Part shown: one piece after another, positions 13,401-26,525 of the stretch
Numbering within the stretch: position 1 is the first letter of the stretch
How the letters are laid out: each line of letters starts with the position of its first letter
Assembly: GCA_009914755.4 (NCBI GenBank)
Contig: CP068257.2
Span: 26,656,001 to 26,720,000, forward strand
DNA from: the human T2T-CHM13v2.0 reference genome, Homo sapiens
Length of the DNA stretch: 64,000 bases
Reading direction: 5' to 3'
Made by a program: the position numbers and the translations under genes
Notes under the pieces: generated by a model
What the model saw: only the letters and a program-made list of their open reading frames with translations
Told to the model about the DNA's origin: nothing
Databases searched by the model: none

Positions 13401-13590
13401 TTTCATGTACCATAAGATTTATTGACTTCATATCAGAATTTAAGTGTTGTTAACTTTATGTAATAGCATTTGGATTGGGGATTGGTTCATTTCTAGTTTT
13501 AAGAAAGATAGCTGTATTATGTTAGGTATAATTATGATAGTTTATTTGAAGATTATGTATGATCTCAGGAGATTTGTATGGGTTCAAGTT

Positions 13591-13605
13591 GACAAGGGGT
13601 GGATG
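13591..13605 (+). promoter_or_regulatory. Candidate polypurine tract (gacaaggggtggatg)
   Basis: Purine-rich 15-mer immediately 5' of the 3' LTR's TGTG. Confidence 0.4.
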
Positions 13606-14035
13606 TGTGATGGTTAATACTGAGTGTCAACTTGACTTGATTGAAAGATGCAAAATGCTGGTCCTGGGTGTGTCTGTGAGGGTGTTGCCAAAGGAGATTA
13701 ACAGTTGAGTCAGTGGGCTGGGAAAGGCAGACCCACCCTTAACTGGGTGGGCACCATCTAATCAGCAGGCAGAAACAGGTGAAAAAGAGAGACTGGCCTA
13801 GGCTGCCAGCCTACGTCTTTCTCCCGGGCTGGATACTTTCTGCCCTCGAACATTGGACTCCAAGTTCTTCAGCTTTGGGACTCGGACTGGCTTCCTTCCT
13901 CCTCAGCTTGCAGACAGCCTATTATGGAACCTTGTGATTGTGTGTTAATACTCCTTAATAAACTCCTCTTTGTATGTACATCTATCCTGTTAGCTCTGTT
14001 CCTCTAGAGAACCCTGACTAGTACAGGCAGTGAGG
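13606..14035 (+). mobile_element. 3' LTR of the ERV-L-like provirus
   Basis: Sequence runs 'tgtgatggttaatactgagtgtcaacttgacttgattgaaag ... ccttaataaactcc ... ctctagagaaccctgactagtaca'. It aligns with the 5' LTR and carries an AATAAA at 13957-13962. Confidence 0.85.
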
Positions 14036-15795
14036 AATAGCTGATGTAGGCTGGGAAATTGGGGACCTATGCTGTGCAGTATCAAAATATTTGGCTAAAC
14101 TATTGCCGGAGATGAGTTAGAAGGCCAAAGACAGATAATTGTGGTTCTAGGGAAATTGTTGGAAGGAGCCAAAATATTAGTGTGTGTTGGCTACACAGAC
14201 TGCATTTAGCAAAATATTTCAGGAAAAAGATTAGCTTATATATGACTGACCAACTGGTAGCAGGGCTGGAAAAAGAGAACTCTTGAAGCCCACATAGCAT
14301 TTGCTCTCCAGAGATTGTTAAGACTTTCCAGAATAAAAAGAATTTAGCCATGTGATAAAGGTCAGGTTAAAGGCATTGTTTTCTCACACAAGTGTATTGT
14401 TTTAAGTGGTTTTTATTTAGTGGCCACTAAATTTGAAGAAATAGCCATGAGGGAAAGACAGCAAAATTACAAGGCAGATGTAAGAACTATGTCTAGGAAA
14501 AAATTCAGGGTATGACTCCAGTCATAATAAACTAACTAGAAGCAAATATTCCTGAAAATTTTGAAAGGGCTGTGCCAAGAAAGAATGCATGATTCTAGGC
14601 TGTAAAATCCAGAGACCAATGGGCAAGCCTTAACACTTGGACCCCCAAAATTGAATGAATAAGTAGTCAGCTATGAAAGCTGATCAGTTCTCAAAGGGTC
14701 AGAGTTTCTGACATCCACTGCAAATAATGATGTCATGAAGGATTGAACAAGGAGAAACAATCTAGAGGTAATACTCAGGGTCATGAAGAACAAAGGGCAA
14801 GATAATTTTTCTATAAAAAGAGTGCCTAATCCATAATATATTATAGGGATATTTTAATGCCTGTTCAGCAGAATATGACAAAGGAGTAGTGACTACTGTG
14901 AGATTTTTAACATATATTCTACCCTTCTACCATCATATTTGGTGTGGAGGAAGGCAGGGGCAAATAGCTTGTCATTTTGATTAGCAGGTCACTGGACAGG
15001 TAGAAGTCATATCTGGTCTATGGAAGCAAATGTACAACTCCCACAGATCATGGATTTTGAGCTGATGCAGTTTCTTAATCAAAATCTGGAATTTTCCTCT
15101 TAGTGATGGGATAGGTGTGGTTTCCAAGTGGGAAGAAAGGTGCAATTTTCCCACCCAAAGAACTAAGAGTGAATTTGGCAGTCAGAGAAATGGACGGTAG
15201 AAGTATCAATGTCTCCACTAACCTTGCTAGTCACTTGTAGCTGGGAAGCAGCTACCCAGTTAAGAAGTGCATTTATTTACTCTGCTTGCGTTCAGATGTG
15301 ATCATGTGATTAGTTGTCAACAAAGTTAGGTGAACAGAAAAGATGTGAGCCACTTCCAGGCAAAGGATGTAATTAATTGGTTTGCTTTTGTCCATTCCAC
15401 TTCCCCTTGTACTCATGGATGCCAATATGATGAAAGGTGGAGCCACAATCCAGAAGACTGGGACTCTGAGTCACCCATGGAAAAGAGTCACCTTGAATTG
15501 TGTGGGCTAGAAATAAACTTTCATTGCATTTGAAGCATGTAGATCATTTTGTTTCTATTTGTTACCACAGTTTAGTATAATCTTCCACATTATAGTTATA
15601 TTAGTAAGAGATAATATTTATTCAGGGAAAAGCACAATGTTAACAAAGTCATTTTAAGTGTTCTTGTAAGAAGAAAAATATGGATATGGAATACACTGCA
15701 ATATATGATGCATATCTAAGGCATTTTTGCATTTGAAATCTGAGGTGAAAACTCCTTTCATGTAACTTGGCTAGTTTTTGTTATGTAATATTAAC

Positions 15796-15895
15796 AGACT
15801 ATGCACATATATATGTGTATATATATATATACGCATATAAATATATATGTGTATATATATATATATGCATATAAATATATATATGTGTGTGTATA
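15796..15895. repeat. TA/TG-rich low-complexity tract containing a roughly 38-bp tandem duplication
   Basis: 'gtgtatatatatatatacgcatataaatatatat' is repeated as 'gtgtatatatatatatatgcatataaatatatatat'. Confidence 0.7.
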
Positions 15896-18839
15896 ATTTG
15901 TTTAAAAATGAATCTTCTACTAATATAAATGAAGAAAAACATAAAAGTACATAATCTTATTTATAATGTAATATGTGAATTTCAGCTTTGCATTTTTGAT
16001 TGAGTTTTATTTGCTCTTTGACAAAAATTGAGCAGCCATCAGATATGTGATGGGGAAAATATACAAACAAAGCTATGACTTATATAACTCGTGCCTTGAA
16101 AATCAAGTAAAAGAAGCCACAGTGCAGTTTTAGGACAACAAATGAGTCAGGAATCAAAAGTTCTAAACTCTGGTTTAGCGTCTACTTGCTAACAATGGAT
16201 TGGTTCTCAGACATCAATTTTTCCCTATTTCCATTTAGAGAGAGAGAAAGCTAAAATGTACATTTCTCAGACTCCCTCACAGCTATGGTTTTGGACATAA
16301 GATTCTGCCAAGCACAATTTAGAAATTATAATGAGAAGGAAGTCACCTTCCTATGATTACTGTACTAATGTTTTCAGTGTTCTAACCTCAAGTTCTACTT
16401 TGTAGTCACCAACTGCGTACAGTAGCAAAAACATGTTCCTGAAGAGTAGTATGAACTTCTGCTCTTCCAGACATCCCTACAATTTTTGAAGTACCTAATT
16501 CCCTGAATTAAGTTTCATTCTATTTGAAGCATCTAAAGCGGCTCTTTTTTCCTGTACTGAACATTGAGTGACTCACTAATAATGAGTGATTAATAAACTC
16601 TTTGAGCTCAACTGATCATAGATAAACATTAATAGGTAGTATTTCAACTGAGAAACAGTTGAGGACTATGGCCAAGTTTATAGTTTCCAAAGCACTAAAA
16701 AGAAAAAAAAAAAAGAAAATTTATACAAAAATCAGAAAATGAAGAAAGGAAAAACTATAAAATAAAATGGCAGAATGACAAGGGTAAATAATATTAAAAT
16801 AAACCAGAATGGCCTGATTGTATTCATTTAAATAAAGGAATAAGAAAGTACGTCTTTCTCTCTTTTCCTTTAGAAACCCCACTAAAACAAGAAATGTGTT
16901 CAAAGTGGAATTTTAAAATAGTATAAACCTGGAAAAGTGAAAATAACGAGAGGGGTTTATAAATAAATCAGAGATGTCAACAAATATGTGAAAGTCATAA
17001 GGTGTAAAGAAGTGAGTAAACAAATGAAGGAAGAAGAAATAATCACATCTTCGAATATCAGTGCTACAGAGCCAGTGCAAGTCTGTCTCCCTAGTGGAAT
17101 GTCTGAAGCACGGGGCTCACAGTTGGCAAGAAAGGGAGAGAAAAAGACTGAGAAGTGAGGTTAAAACAGATTTTTAGCACGTTCTGCAAATATGTTTAAG
17201 TACATTTTGCTTGTTCTCTGTATCTTCCAGAATGTTTAAAGTAGTCCAACATTTTTTAAATTTAATGCCAAACATTGGAGAAAGGAGAGAGAAAATGGTA
17301 AATATATGTGAACCACATAGTCCACATCAGGAATTAACAACTATTTTGCACTTTACTAAAGTAAATAATCCAGAATTATAGGAGTTTACATATGAGAACG
17401 GACGCACTGAATCTGGACTTAGAGGAAGATTCATTTTTCTGGCAGATTCTGAGTTGTTTACTACATGTAAGTTTTATATCCTTGGGGATGGAGTTGGTGA
17501 ATGCCTTGGAAGGCAACAACAAATCAAGAGTTGGAAGATACATATTTTTTAAAGAGAGAGCTCCTATAATTTATAATTTTATGAATGGCTCAATCTTCCT
17601 TCTTAGCATGTCTAGTTCTGATGGATCTATTTGTTATTCCTGTACATTCCTATCCTGTGCCTCTAGGCCTTTTGGCATCAATAAGCAGGTGTAGCTCCTG
17701 CTGCAACAATCAGAGAAGAAATAAGCTTAGGACAAATTACTAACAAATTTTTACTAATACTAACTGGCAATTGTGACATAGGCCTTACCACATATCTCAT
17801 TAGGGCTCTAACACTTGCAGACAAACCCTTTTACATAGTTAACCAATTTTCACATATAAAATTCATGTCTTTTTCTGTAAACATTGGGAAACTTAGGCAC
17901 TAGTTTTTAGATGCAATTGAAATGCAAAAAGCCAAAGCACTTCAGCAGTGTAAAGAACTCTGAAAATCCATTCCTCCATAAGAGCTAAGAGAACACTAGC
18001 TGAATTGTTCAAAATCAACATTTTTATAACTCTGGAAGTTAACCAAAGGCTTGCAATAATTAGTGGATTGAAAAAACACACAAACAAACAAACAAAAAAA
18101 CGAATCTCAGTAAGAAGAGTGAGGTTTGTGGTATTTCTAATTTCCCCTGTTCCCATCCCTGCTCCTCTGTACCTCGGCAACAGCCTTGAAAACCAGCAGC
18201 CTTACAACCATGGTAGCTGTAAGAACCAGCAGTCTAACAGCCACTGAAGGAAGAATGCGTTTGGAGCTCCAAAAACCAGATCTTGAGAGAAATGTTATTT
18301 TTTGACCTGTCTGGCACCATTCATAGGGGGCTCATCTTTACATGAAGTAAGTCAGAGCTTACTCACTAGGAAAATCCCTTCCCCAGGTCATTTATCAAAA
18401 ATTTCACAGAGAATTATATATTACTTCAGCTGCCTGAGGTGTTAATATCATTTGGGGTAAGCAAGAGTCTGGCCAAAAAACTTAACAAGAAAACTTGGAG
18501 ATGATATGTCCACTGAGCTGTGAAAAGCTCTGTCACGTTCTTGGGAATCTGAAGATCATATACATGTACAGGGCTGTACAATACTCAGAAAAGAACTGAG
18601 AAAGTTCTAACCTCTCATTTCTAGTTAATTTTGATACTTTATCCAAGCAGGAAGTAATGGCTGAAGCACAAATGTGAACTCTCAGAGCATTAAAGACATG
18701 CCCAACACACAAACAAAGCCCCTCAGGAGAGTTTAGGGGACTAGTTGGCTCAAAAAATCTAAGGAAATGAATCATTAGCTGATCACTCAGTTAAATGAGC
18801 AGTGACTTCAGTGATTGCACATGACCAAGAATACAGACT

Positions 18840-19922
18840 TTAGAGAATTATTTCATGAAAAACCTGAAAGGAACAAATAGCAACAGCAAAAACAAAACTA
18901 GGGGAAGGAGGAGATCTGATTACCAAAGCTAACACATGATATAATTTTAAGTATCCAGTTTTTAACAAGTAATTATAAGACATCCAAAGAAACAGGAATG
19001 TATTATCGTACATGAGAAAAAAAGCATTCAATAGAAACTGTTCCTGAGGAAGCCCAGATGTTGGATTTATTAGACACATACAGTAGCTATTCGAAATGTG
19101 CTCAAAGAACTGAAGAAAATCTTGTGGAAAGAATGAAAATAAAGTTAGAAAAATTCCTCACTCAATATCAATAAAGAGAGAGAAATTATTTTTAAAAAAG
19201 AATCAATAGAAATTCTGAAGTTGACAAACAATTTTTATTTTTACTACAGGGGCTTTATAGCACATTTAAGTTATCAAAAGAAGAACAAATAACCTTGTAA
19301 ACAAGTCCATTGAGATTATCCTGTCTGAGGAACAGAAAAAAATAACAAGATCTCTGGGATTGGAGTTTCAGGAGGAAAGCATAAAGAGAAAGAGATAGAA
19401 AAAAATTTTGAAAAAATACAGGCAAAAACTTTCAAACTTTGATTTAAAAAACACTAACTTACACATCCAAGAAGATCAACAACTTCCAAGTAGGATTAAC
19501 TCAAAAAGATCCAAGTGTAGACACATTATAATCAGAGTGGCAAAAGCTGAAAACAAAGAGGGTGTTGAAAGCAGCAAGAAAAAAGAGTATTATAAGGTAC
19601 AAAGGAATCTCAATAAAATTAACAGGTGACTTTCAACAGAAATCATGGAGGTTATAAGGCAGTAAAACAACATATTCAAAGTGCTTAAAGCAAAAGAATG
19701 TCAACCAAGAATTGAATATCCAGCAAAACTAACCTTCAAAAATTAAAGAGAGATTAAGATATCCCCAGGCCAAAAAAAAAAAAAAAAGAAAAAAAAGGAA
19801 ATTTGTAACTAACAGACCTATACTACCATAAATACTGAAGCAACTCCTTCAGAATCAAATGAAAAGAAGTTAGACAGTAATTCAAATCCACATGAACATT
19901 TTTCAGGCCTGGAAATAGGCAC
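18840..19922 (+). mobile_element. Old L1 (L1M/L1P-like) fragment covering ORF1 to the start of the inter-ORF region
   Basis: Translations match L1 ORF1p, e.g. ORF 19408-19629 …LHIQEDQQLPSRINSKRSKCRHIIIRVAKAENKEGVESSKKKEYYKVQRNL… and the downstream …NIFKVLKAKECQPRIEYPAKLTFKN…. It ends in the ORF1 3' / inter-ORF sequence at 19798-19922. Confidence 0.7.
19798..19922 (+). repeat. Copy 1 of a 125-bp direct repeat of L1 inter-ORF sequence; copy 2 is at 21396-21550
   Basis: 'aaatttgtaactaacagacctatactaccataaatactgaagcaactccttcagaatcaaatgaaaagaagttagacagtaattcaaatccacatgaacat…ggcctggaaataggcacctg' recurs at 21396-21550 with about 85% identity plus a 40-bp insertion. Confidence 0.7.
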
Positions 19923-20524
19923 CTGAAGAGGCTTTACCTGGCAGGCCTCATGGGGAAATCTACTCTCCCCACACCAAACTTGACATACAGACCGTGCATT
20001 GAAGTCTCTGGCAAAAGTTGCAGCCAAGAACTCAGGCCTCTCTGGCTGGTCATGCTCTTATGTGCATTTTATTCATAGCCAAAGGACCTCTATTAGGAAG
20101 TCTCCTTATTGGGAAGCCTCAGCTGAGAGATTCCTCAAGCACCTCTATATTTTTATAATGGGATCGCAAAGATAATTTTTCCACTCTGACCCAGTACTTA
20201 GGACTCTTTGAATTTTAGCCCTTACCCTTCCACTTTCCCTAGCCCCAGGTCATAAAATGACAGAAGTCCTTTATTCAAGGCTCTCTTGGCAGTTACATAT
20301 TTTCTCCATCTGTATTGCTACATTTGACCCTCACACACTGCCATTCCATGGGGGAAATGAGAACATTGAGGGAGCCAGCATGCCAGCACTCTTTGCTATT
20401 TAGCCTCTTATACTATCACAGTAAGTGAAAAACAGCTCAATTATTATTTATAGCTTAGTTTATTGTCTTAATGAATGTCAACACCCAGCAGCTCAGCTTT
20501 CTTCAAAAGAATAAAGAGCACTAG

Positions 20525-20985
<461 letters not shown>

Positions 20986-21396
20986 TCATTGGCCTTAATG
21001 CATAAAGGTGTAATTCATATGAAAACAATAGCAAGAAGAATTGTAAGGGAACAAAGCTATATTACAGTAAAATTTTTGTATACCACTGAAAGTTGGTATG
21101 CATTAATTTAAAATAGATTGTTGACATTAATTTAAAATTGACAGTAATTTAAAATACATTGTCTTAGTTAAGATGTAAATTTTAAGCCCAGGGCAACCAT
21201 TAAGAAAATAATGCAAAAAAATATAACAAAAGTAACAAAAGGAATTAAAATAGTGTAATACAAATATATAGTTAACACAAACAAAGCAGTAATTGAGTAA
21301 TGGAGGAACAAAAAACATTATATATATGTTATATGTTTAAATATATATTTATATACATATATATATCCCAAGACCAAAAATAAATAAATTAAAGAA

Positions 21397-22545
21397 GAAA
21401 TACATCACTAATAGACCTATACTACATGAAATACTGAAGCAAGTCCTTCAGAATCAAATGAAAGGAAACTAGTCAACAACTCAAATCCACATGAACATAA
21501 GGAGTCCAGCTCCAGGCCAAAATCATATATGTGATTTTTTAGGCCTAAAAATAGGCACCTGCATATATATATATATATATACACATACATGTATATGCAT
21601 GATATAAATCCAACTAGGCACCAAATAAATCCAAAATAGGCACCTACCTATATATAGATATATATATATATGTGTGTATATATATATATATATGCAGATA
21701 TAAATCCAACTTTATCTATATTGCATTAAACAAAAGTATACTAAACTCTCAAACAAGTGGCAGAGATTGGCAGAATGAATTAGAAATCTGATCCAACTAT
21801 ATGTTGTCTGTAAGAAATACACTCAAGATTCAAAAATAGGTAGGTGGAAAGTTAAAAAGATGGAAAAATTATATCATAAAAATAGCAATCAAAAGACAAC
21901 TGAAATGGTGATACTAATATCAAGCAAAATAGACTTTAAGAAAAATATTATTATTAGAAAAAATAGAACTATGTTTTATAATGATAAAAGGGTCAACCAT
22001 TCAGGAAGACATAACAATTATAAACATATATGCATCTAACAAGAGAGTCCCAAAATACGTGGAGCCAAAACTGACAATACTACAGGGAGACATAGCCATG
22101 TCAAAAAGAATAATGGGACACTTCTATAGCCTCGATTGCAATAATGAATAAAAATAAGCTAAGAAGAATTTCAACAAGGAATTAAAGGAGATTTAACAAA
22201 TCTATAAGCCAACTAGAGCTAACAGATTTTTATGGAACACTCTACACACAGCAGAAGAATCCACATTCTTCTAAAGTACACAGGTAATATTCTCTAAGAT
22301 AAACTATATATTACTTCATTAAAACCACAAAAAATTAAAAAGTTGAAAATATACAAAGTATGTTCTTCAACATTAAAGAAATTAAATTATAAAGGGATAA
22401 CAAAAGGAATTTTGGGAATTTACAAATATGTAGAAATTAAACAACATGCTCCTAGCCAATGGGTCAAAGAAGACATGATAAGGAAAATTACAAAATACTT
22501 TGAGATAAAATATTTATAGAATTCTATTACGTTTCTGCACATTGT
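21397..22545 (+). mobile_element. Old L1 fragment covering the inter-ORF region and the ORF2 endonuclease domain
   Basis: Conceptual translation of 21720-22530 matches L1 ORF2p EN (…ETHL…, …GHYIMIKGSI…, …NIYAPN…, …GDFNTPLS…). The sense matches 18840-19922, so the two are probably parts of one element. Confidence 0.7.
21560..21700. repeat. (TA)n/(TATATG)n low-complexity blocks
   Basis: 'atatatatatatatatacacatacatgtatatgc' and 'atatatatatatgtgtgtatatatatatatatg'. A similar block lies at 21335-21370. Confidence 0.8.
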
Positions 22546-23175
22546 GACAGTACACGGATCAAATTCTTTTTTCTCTGGACTATTTTTCTTACAATTTGTA
22601 CAGAAAACATCCTTGGAAAGCAGCAAAAATGTTATTTATTGTCATCAGTTACACACCATTATGTGACTGTGACTATAAAAAGTGAGGAGAACAATTTTCT
22701 ATATTATAAAAATACTAATTGTAAAATGGTTACATCTTTCTAATATGTATTAGTGGTATCATAGATTTTTTGAAATAGAATTTCTGTGGAAAATAATACT
22801 ATCTAGAAGATGTAGCATTTATTGGATTCTGCTCATTTTTATTCATAAATTAGACTTTTGCTACCTTAAATTGTTCTTAATAGTCTAGGTGCTAATGTAT
22901 GCTTGTTGTTAGTGTAAATCATTGCAGGCCTCAGCTAATCAAATGTTTTATATGATTTTTTCACTACTTTTGGCTTCAAAGAGAAGAAAAATTTCAGTTT
23001 ATAAAATCTGCCAAGGAATTAACTGGAACCAAGAACTTGATTAAGTATAAAAGAAGGCAAAAATAGGGGAGAGTGATCAAAACAATAAAGCAATTGCTTC
23101 TAAAAGAAAATCTCTGGTACTTTGGATTAACTGAGCAAATTTACCCAGAAATAAGCTCAAGGTAATCACAGACTT

Positions 23176-23239
23176 TTATATATTCAAGTGTGCATAAATA
23201 TAACATTTTATATATTCAAGTGTACATAAATACAACATT
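23176..23239. repeat. 32-bp tandem duplication
   Basis: 'ttttatatattcaagtgtgcataaatataaca' is followed by 'ttttatatattcaagtgtacataaatacaaca'. Confidence 0.7.
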
Positions 23240-23514
23240 CATAAATTTTTCCCAGGAAAGAGTATATAATGTGCACCTCCAATTTCATGTCAAATCTTTA
23301 TCACATTTAATAGTAAATTTTATCTCAAAAATAAATGTTGAAAAAATCAGTCAAGCTACACATTTTTTAAATTAAGAAATAAACTTTCATTTGAATAAAA
23401 ATAGTTATGACACCATTGGATTAACTAATAAGTAATAATTAAAGCCATATTTCTAGGTCTTTACAGTCTACATTTCTGGGAACTTCTGATATTTTAAAAG
23501 TAATTTAAGAGGTC

Positions 23515-23876
23515 TGATATGGTTTGGCTATGTGTGCCCACCCAAATTTCATCTCAAATTGTAATCTCCAGGGCTGGACCTGGTGAGAGGTGACTGGATT
23601 ATAAGGGCAGTTTTCTTATGCTGTTCTCATGATAGCAAGTGAGTTCTCGTGAGATGTGATGGTTTTATAAGGGGCTCTTCCCCTTTGCTTGTTTGCTCAC
23701 TGTCACCTGCCGCCATGTAAGACTTGTCTTTGCTTTTTTCTTGCTTTCTGCCATGATTATATGTTTCCTGAGGCCTCCCCAGCCATGTGGAACTGTGGGT
23801 AAATTAAACCTATTTCCTTTATTAACTACCAGTCTCAGGTAGGTCTTTATAGCAGTGTGAGAAGAGACTAATACTA
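23515..23876 (+). mobile_element. MaLR 5' LTR
   Basis: About 362 bp with THE1/MST-like start and end motifs. It contains '...ccgccatgtaagacttgtctttgctt...gcctccccagccatgtggaactgtgggtaaattaaacc...'. Confidence 0.85.
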
Positions 23877-25413
23877 TAAATTGGTACTGGTAGAGTGGGG
23901 TGCTGCTGTAAAGATACCTGAAAATGTGGAAGCAACTTTGAAACTGGGTTAACAGGCAGAGGTTGGAACAGTCTGAAGAGCTCGGAAGAAGACAAGAATT
24001 TGTGGGAAAGTTTGGAACTTCCTAGATACTTGCTGAATGGTTTTAACCAAAATGCTGATAGTGATACATGGACAATGAAGTCTAGGCTGAGGTTGCCTCA
24101 GATGGAAATGAGGAACTCCTTGGAAACTGGAGCAAAGGTGACCCTTGCTATGCTTTAGCAAACAGACTGTCAGCAGTTTGCTGCTGCCCTAGAGATCTGT
24201 GGAACTTTGAACTTGAGACAGATTATCTGAAATTGGAACTTATATTTAAAGAGAAAGTAAAGCATAAAAGTTTGGCAAATGTGCAACCTGACCATGCAAT
24301 AGAAAAGCAAAACCTATTTTCTGGGGAGAAATTCAAACTGGTTGCAAAAATTTGCGTAAGTAACCAGGAGCCAAAAGTTGATAGCCAAGACAATGAAAAA
24401 TATGTCTCCAGGGCATGCCAGAGAACATCACAGCAGCGCCTTCCATCACAGGCCTGGAGGCCTAAGAGGAAAAAATTGTTTCTTGGGGGTAGGCCCAGGG
24501 CCCCACTGCCACTCTGAGCAGCCTTGGAACTTGGCTGTCTGTGTCCCAGCCATTGCCACACCAGCTCCAGCCATGACTAAATAGGGGGATCATAGAACTC
24601 AGGCCATTGCTTCAGAGGGTGCAAGCCCCAAGCCTCAGAAGCTTCTATGTGGTGTTGGGCCTGCAGGTAAAAAAAACACAAGAATTGAGGTTTGGGAACC
24701 TCTGCCTAAATTTGAGGATATATGGAAACGCCTGGATGTCCAGGCAGTTTTCTGCAGGAGTGGAGCCCTCATGGAGAATCTCTGCTAGGACAGTGCATAA
24801 GGGAAATGTGGGGTTGGAGACCCCACACAGAGTTCTCACTGCAGCACTGCCTAGTGGAGCTGTGAGAAGAGAGCCACCTCCTTCCAGACCCCAGAATGGT
24901 AGATCTACCGACAGCTTGCACTGTGAGCTTGGAAAAGCCACAGACACTCCATGACAGCCCATGAAAGCAGCCGGGTGGGAGGATGACTGTGCCCTGCAAA
25001 GCCACAGGGGCAGAGCTATCTCAGACCATGGGAACCCACCTCTTGCATCAGCATGACCTGGATGTGAGACATGAAGTCAAAGCAGATCAATTTAAGCTTT
25101 AAGATTTAATTACTGCCTTGCCTGGTTTCAGACTTACATGAGGCCTATAATCCCTTTGTTTTGGCCAATTTCTCCCATTTGGAATAGGAACATTTAGCCA
25201 ATGCCTGTACCCCATTGTGTCTTGGAAGTAACTAACTTGTTTTTTATTTTACAGGCTCATAGGTGGAAGGGACTTGCCTTGACTCAGATGAGACTTTGGA
25301 CTGTGGACTTTTGAGTTAATGCTGAAATGGGTTAAGACTTTGGGGGACTGGTGGGGAGGCATGATTGGTTTTGAAATGTGAGGACAGGAGATTTGGGAGG
25401 GGCCGGGGTGGAA

Positions 25414-25800
25414 TGATATGGTTTGGCTCTGTGTCCCCACCAAATTCTCATCTCAAGTTATAATCCCCACAATCCCCATGTGTCAAGGGCAGGACCTGGT
25501 AGGAGGTGACTAGATCAGGGGAATGATTTCCCCCGTGCTGTTCTCATGATAGTGAGTGGGTTCTCATGAGATCTGATGATGTTATAAGGGGCTCATCCCT
25601 CTTCGCTTGTTCACACTTTCTCTCCCCTGCCTCCATGTCAGATGTGCCTTTGCTTCTCTCTTGCTTTCTGCTATGATTGTAAGTTTCCTGAGGCCTCCCT
25701 CCCCAGCCATGCAGAACTGTGAGTAAATTAAACCTCTGTTCTTTATAAATTACCCAGTCTCGGATATGTCTTTATAGCAGTATGAGAAGAGACTAATACA
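25414..25800 (+). mobile_element. MaLR 3' LTR
   Basis: About 387 bp, homologous to 23515-23876 and preceded by the purine-rich 'gggaggggccggggtggaa'. Confidence 0.85.
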
Positions 25801-26237
25801 AGGTCTGAATATGCCTTCTAAATTTAATAGACATAATCATCATAATTACATGGTTTTAATTTAACATATGCATTTTATTGGCTAAACAGGTGCACAGTTT
25901 ATGCTGGGCCCCTCCACAAAAACCATTCTTCCATTTTCTTTGGCTACAAAGGTCATTTCCTTTAAATAACCCATCTGACTTCTAAATCCAAGTTACATGT
26001 CTTGTGATATAGGCATTCTGTACATCAAAGCACTTACTATGGTATCTTTGGTTTTATGTTTATTCATCATTATACCCCATAAAAATTGGAAACTTCATGA
26101 AGGTGCAACCCACATATGTCACTGATCTTACTCTTGAACAAAGAACACAAAAGTAGAAAATGGAGGAATGAAATAAAAATCGCAGAGATGTGCAAAAAGA
26201 GGAGTGTTCAATAATTAATCCACACATAGATAAATTC

Positions 26238-26305
26238 TTTATACTCAATAAATATGATGAATGTAAATATGATATACTCAATAAATATGATGAATGTAAT
26301 GAATG
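26238..26305. repeat. Roughly 34-bp tandem duplication (tatactcaataaatatgatgaatgtaa…)
   Basis: Direct read of two consecutive copies. Confidence 0.7.
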
Positions 26306-26460
26306 CATTATACTCCCAGAATGCACCATTTTCTAGGTACTAGATGATACAGCAGTAAATAAAACACAAAATTTCTGCCATCTAGCTGCATACATTTTAG
26401 AATCTAGATGGTTGTTACCTGAGATATATCATAATATATTTTTACCAAAAGAAGCAATGT

Positions 26461-26525
26461 AAAATAATGTTATAATAATATAATATATTATATATATATA
26501 TATATATATAAAATATAATATAATC
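26461..26525. repeat. (TA)n / AT-only low-complexity tract
   Basis: 'aataatgttataataatataatatattatatatatatatatatatataaaatataatataatc'. Confidence 0.8.

Larger units (their letters stand above)
23515..25800 (+). mobile_element. Full-length MaLR element (THE1/MST class): LTR, about 1.5-kb internal region, LTR, with 5-bp TSD AGGTC
   Basis: Both LTRs open with the THE1 signature 'tgatatggtttggct(a/c)tgtg(t)cccacc(c)aaat(t/c)tcatctcaa(a/g)ttgtaatc' and end 'gagaagagactaataca'. 'aggtc' sits directly outside both ends, at 23510-23514 and 25801-25805. The internal ORFs (24223-25005) have no recognisable pol, as expected for a non-autonomous MaLR. Confidence 0.85.

Noticed and set aside
14036-14110. 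Possible homology between the DNA just 3' of the provirus ('ggcagtgaggaatagctgatgtaggctgg') and the proviral leader just after the PBS ('…gagtggttttagaggaatagaatattaaggatgg'), which would have suggested a tandem or partially duplicated provirus
   Set aside because: Only a 9-bp exact match (gaggaatag) plus loose similarity. There is no second PBS, and the similarity is not sustained downstream. The GGCAG TSD and an unrelated 5' flank are fully explained by a single integration, so I regard this as coincidence.
15796-15895. Regularly spaced repeats in the TA/TG-rich, (TA)n and tandem-duplication regions (15796, 21560, 26238, 36330), considered as CRISPR-like arrays
   Set aside because: This is primate DNA. 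The units are simple-sequence or two-copy tandem duplications, with no repeat-spacer architecture and no cas context. A CRISPR call is not applicable.
24223-25005. Cluster of overlapping ORFs of roughly 100 aa on both strands inside the MaLR interior, considered as possible coding sequence
   Set aside because: MaLR internal regions are non-coding remnants. The ORFs overlap on both strands and have no recognisable domains. Their GC-richer composition explains their length.
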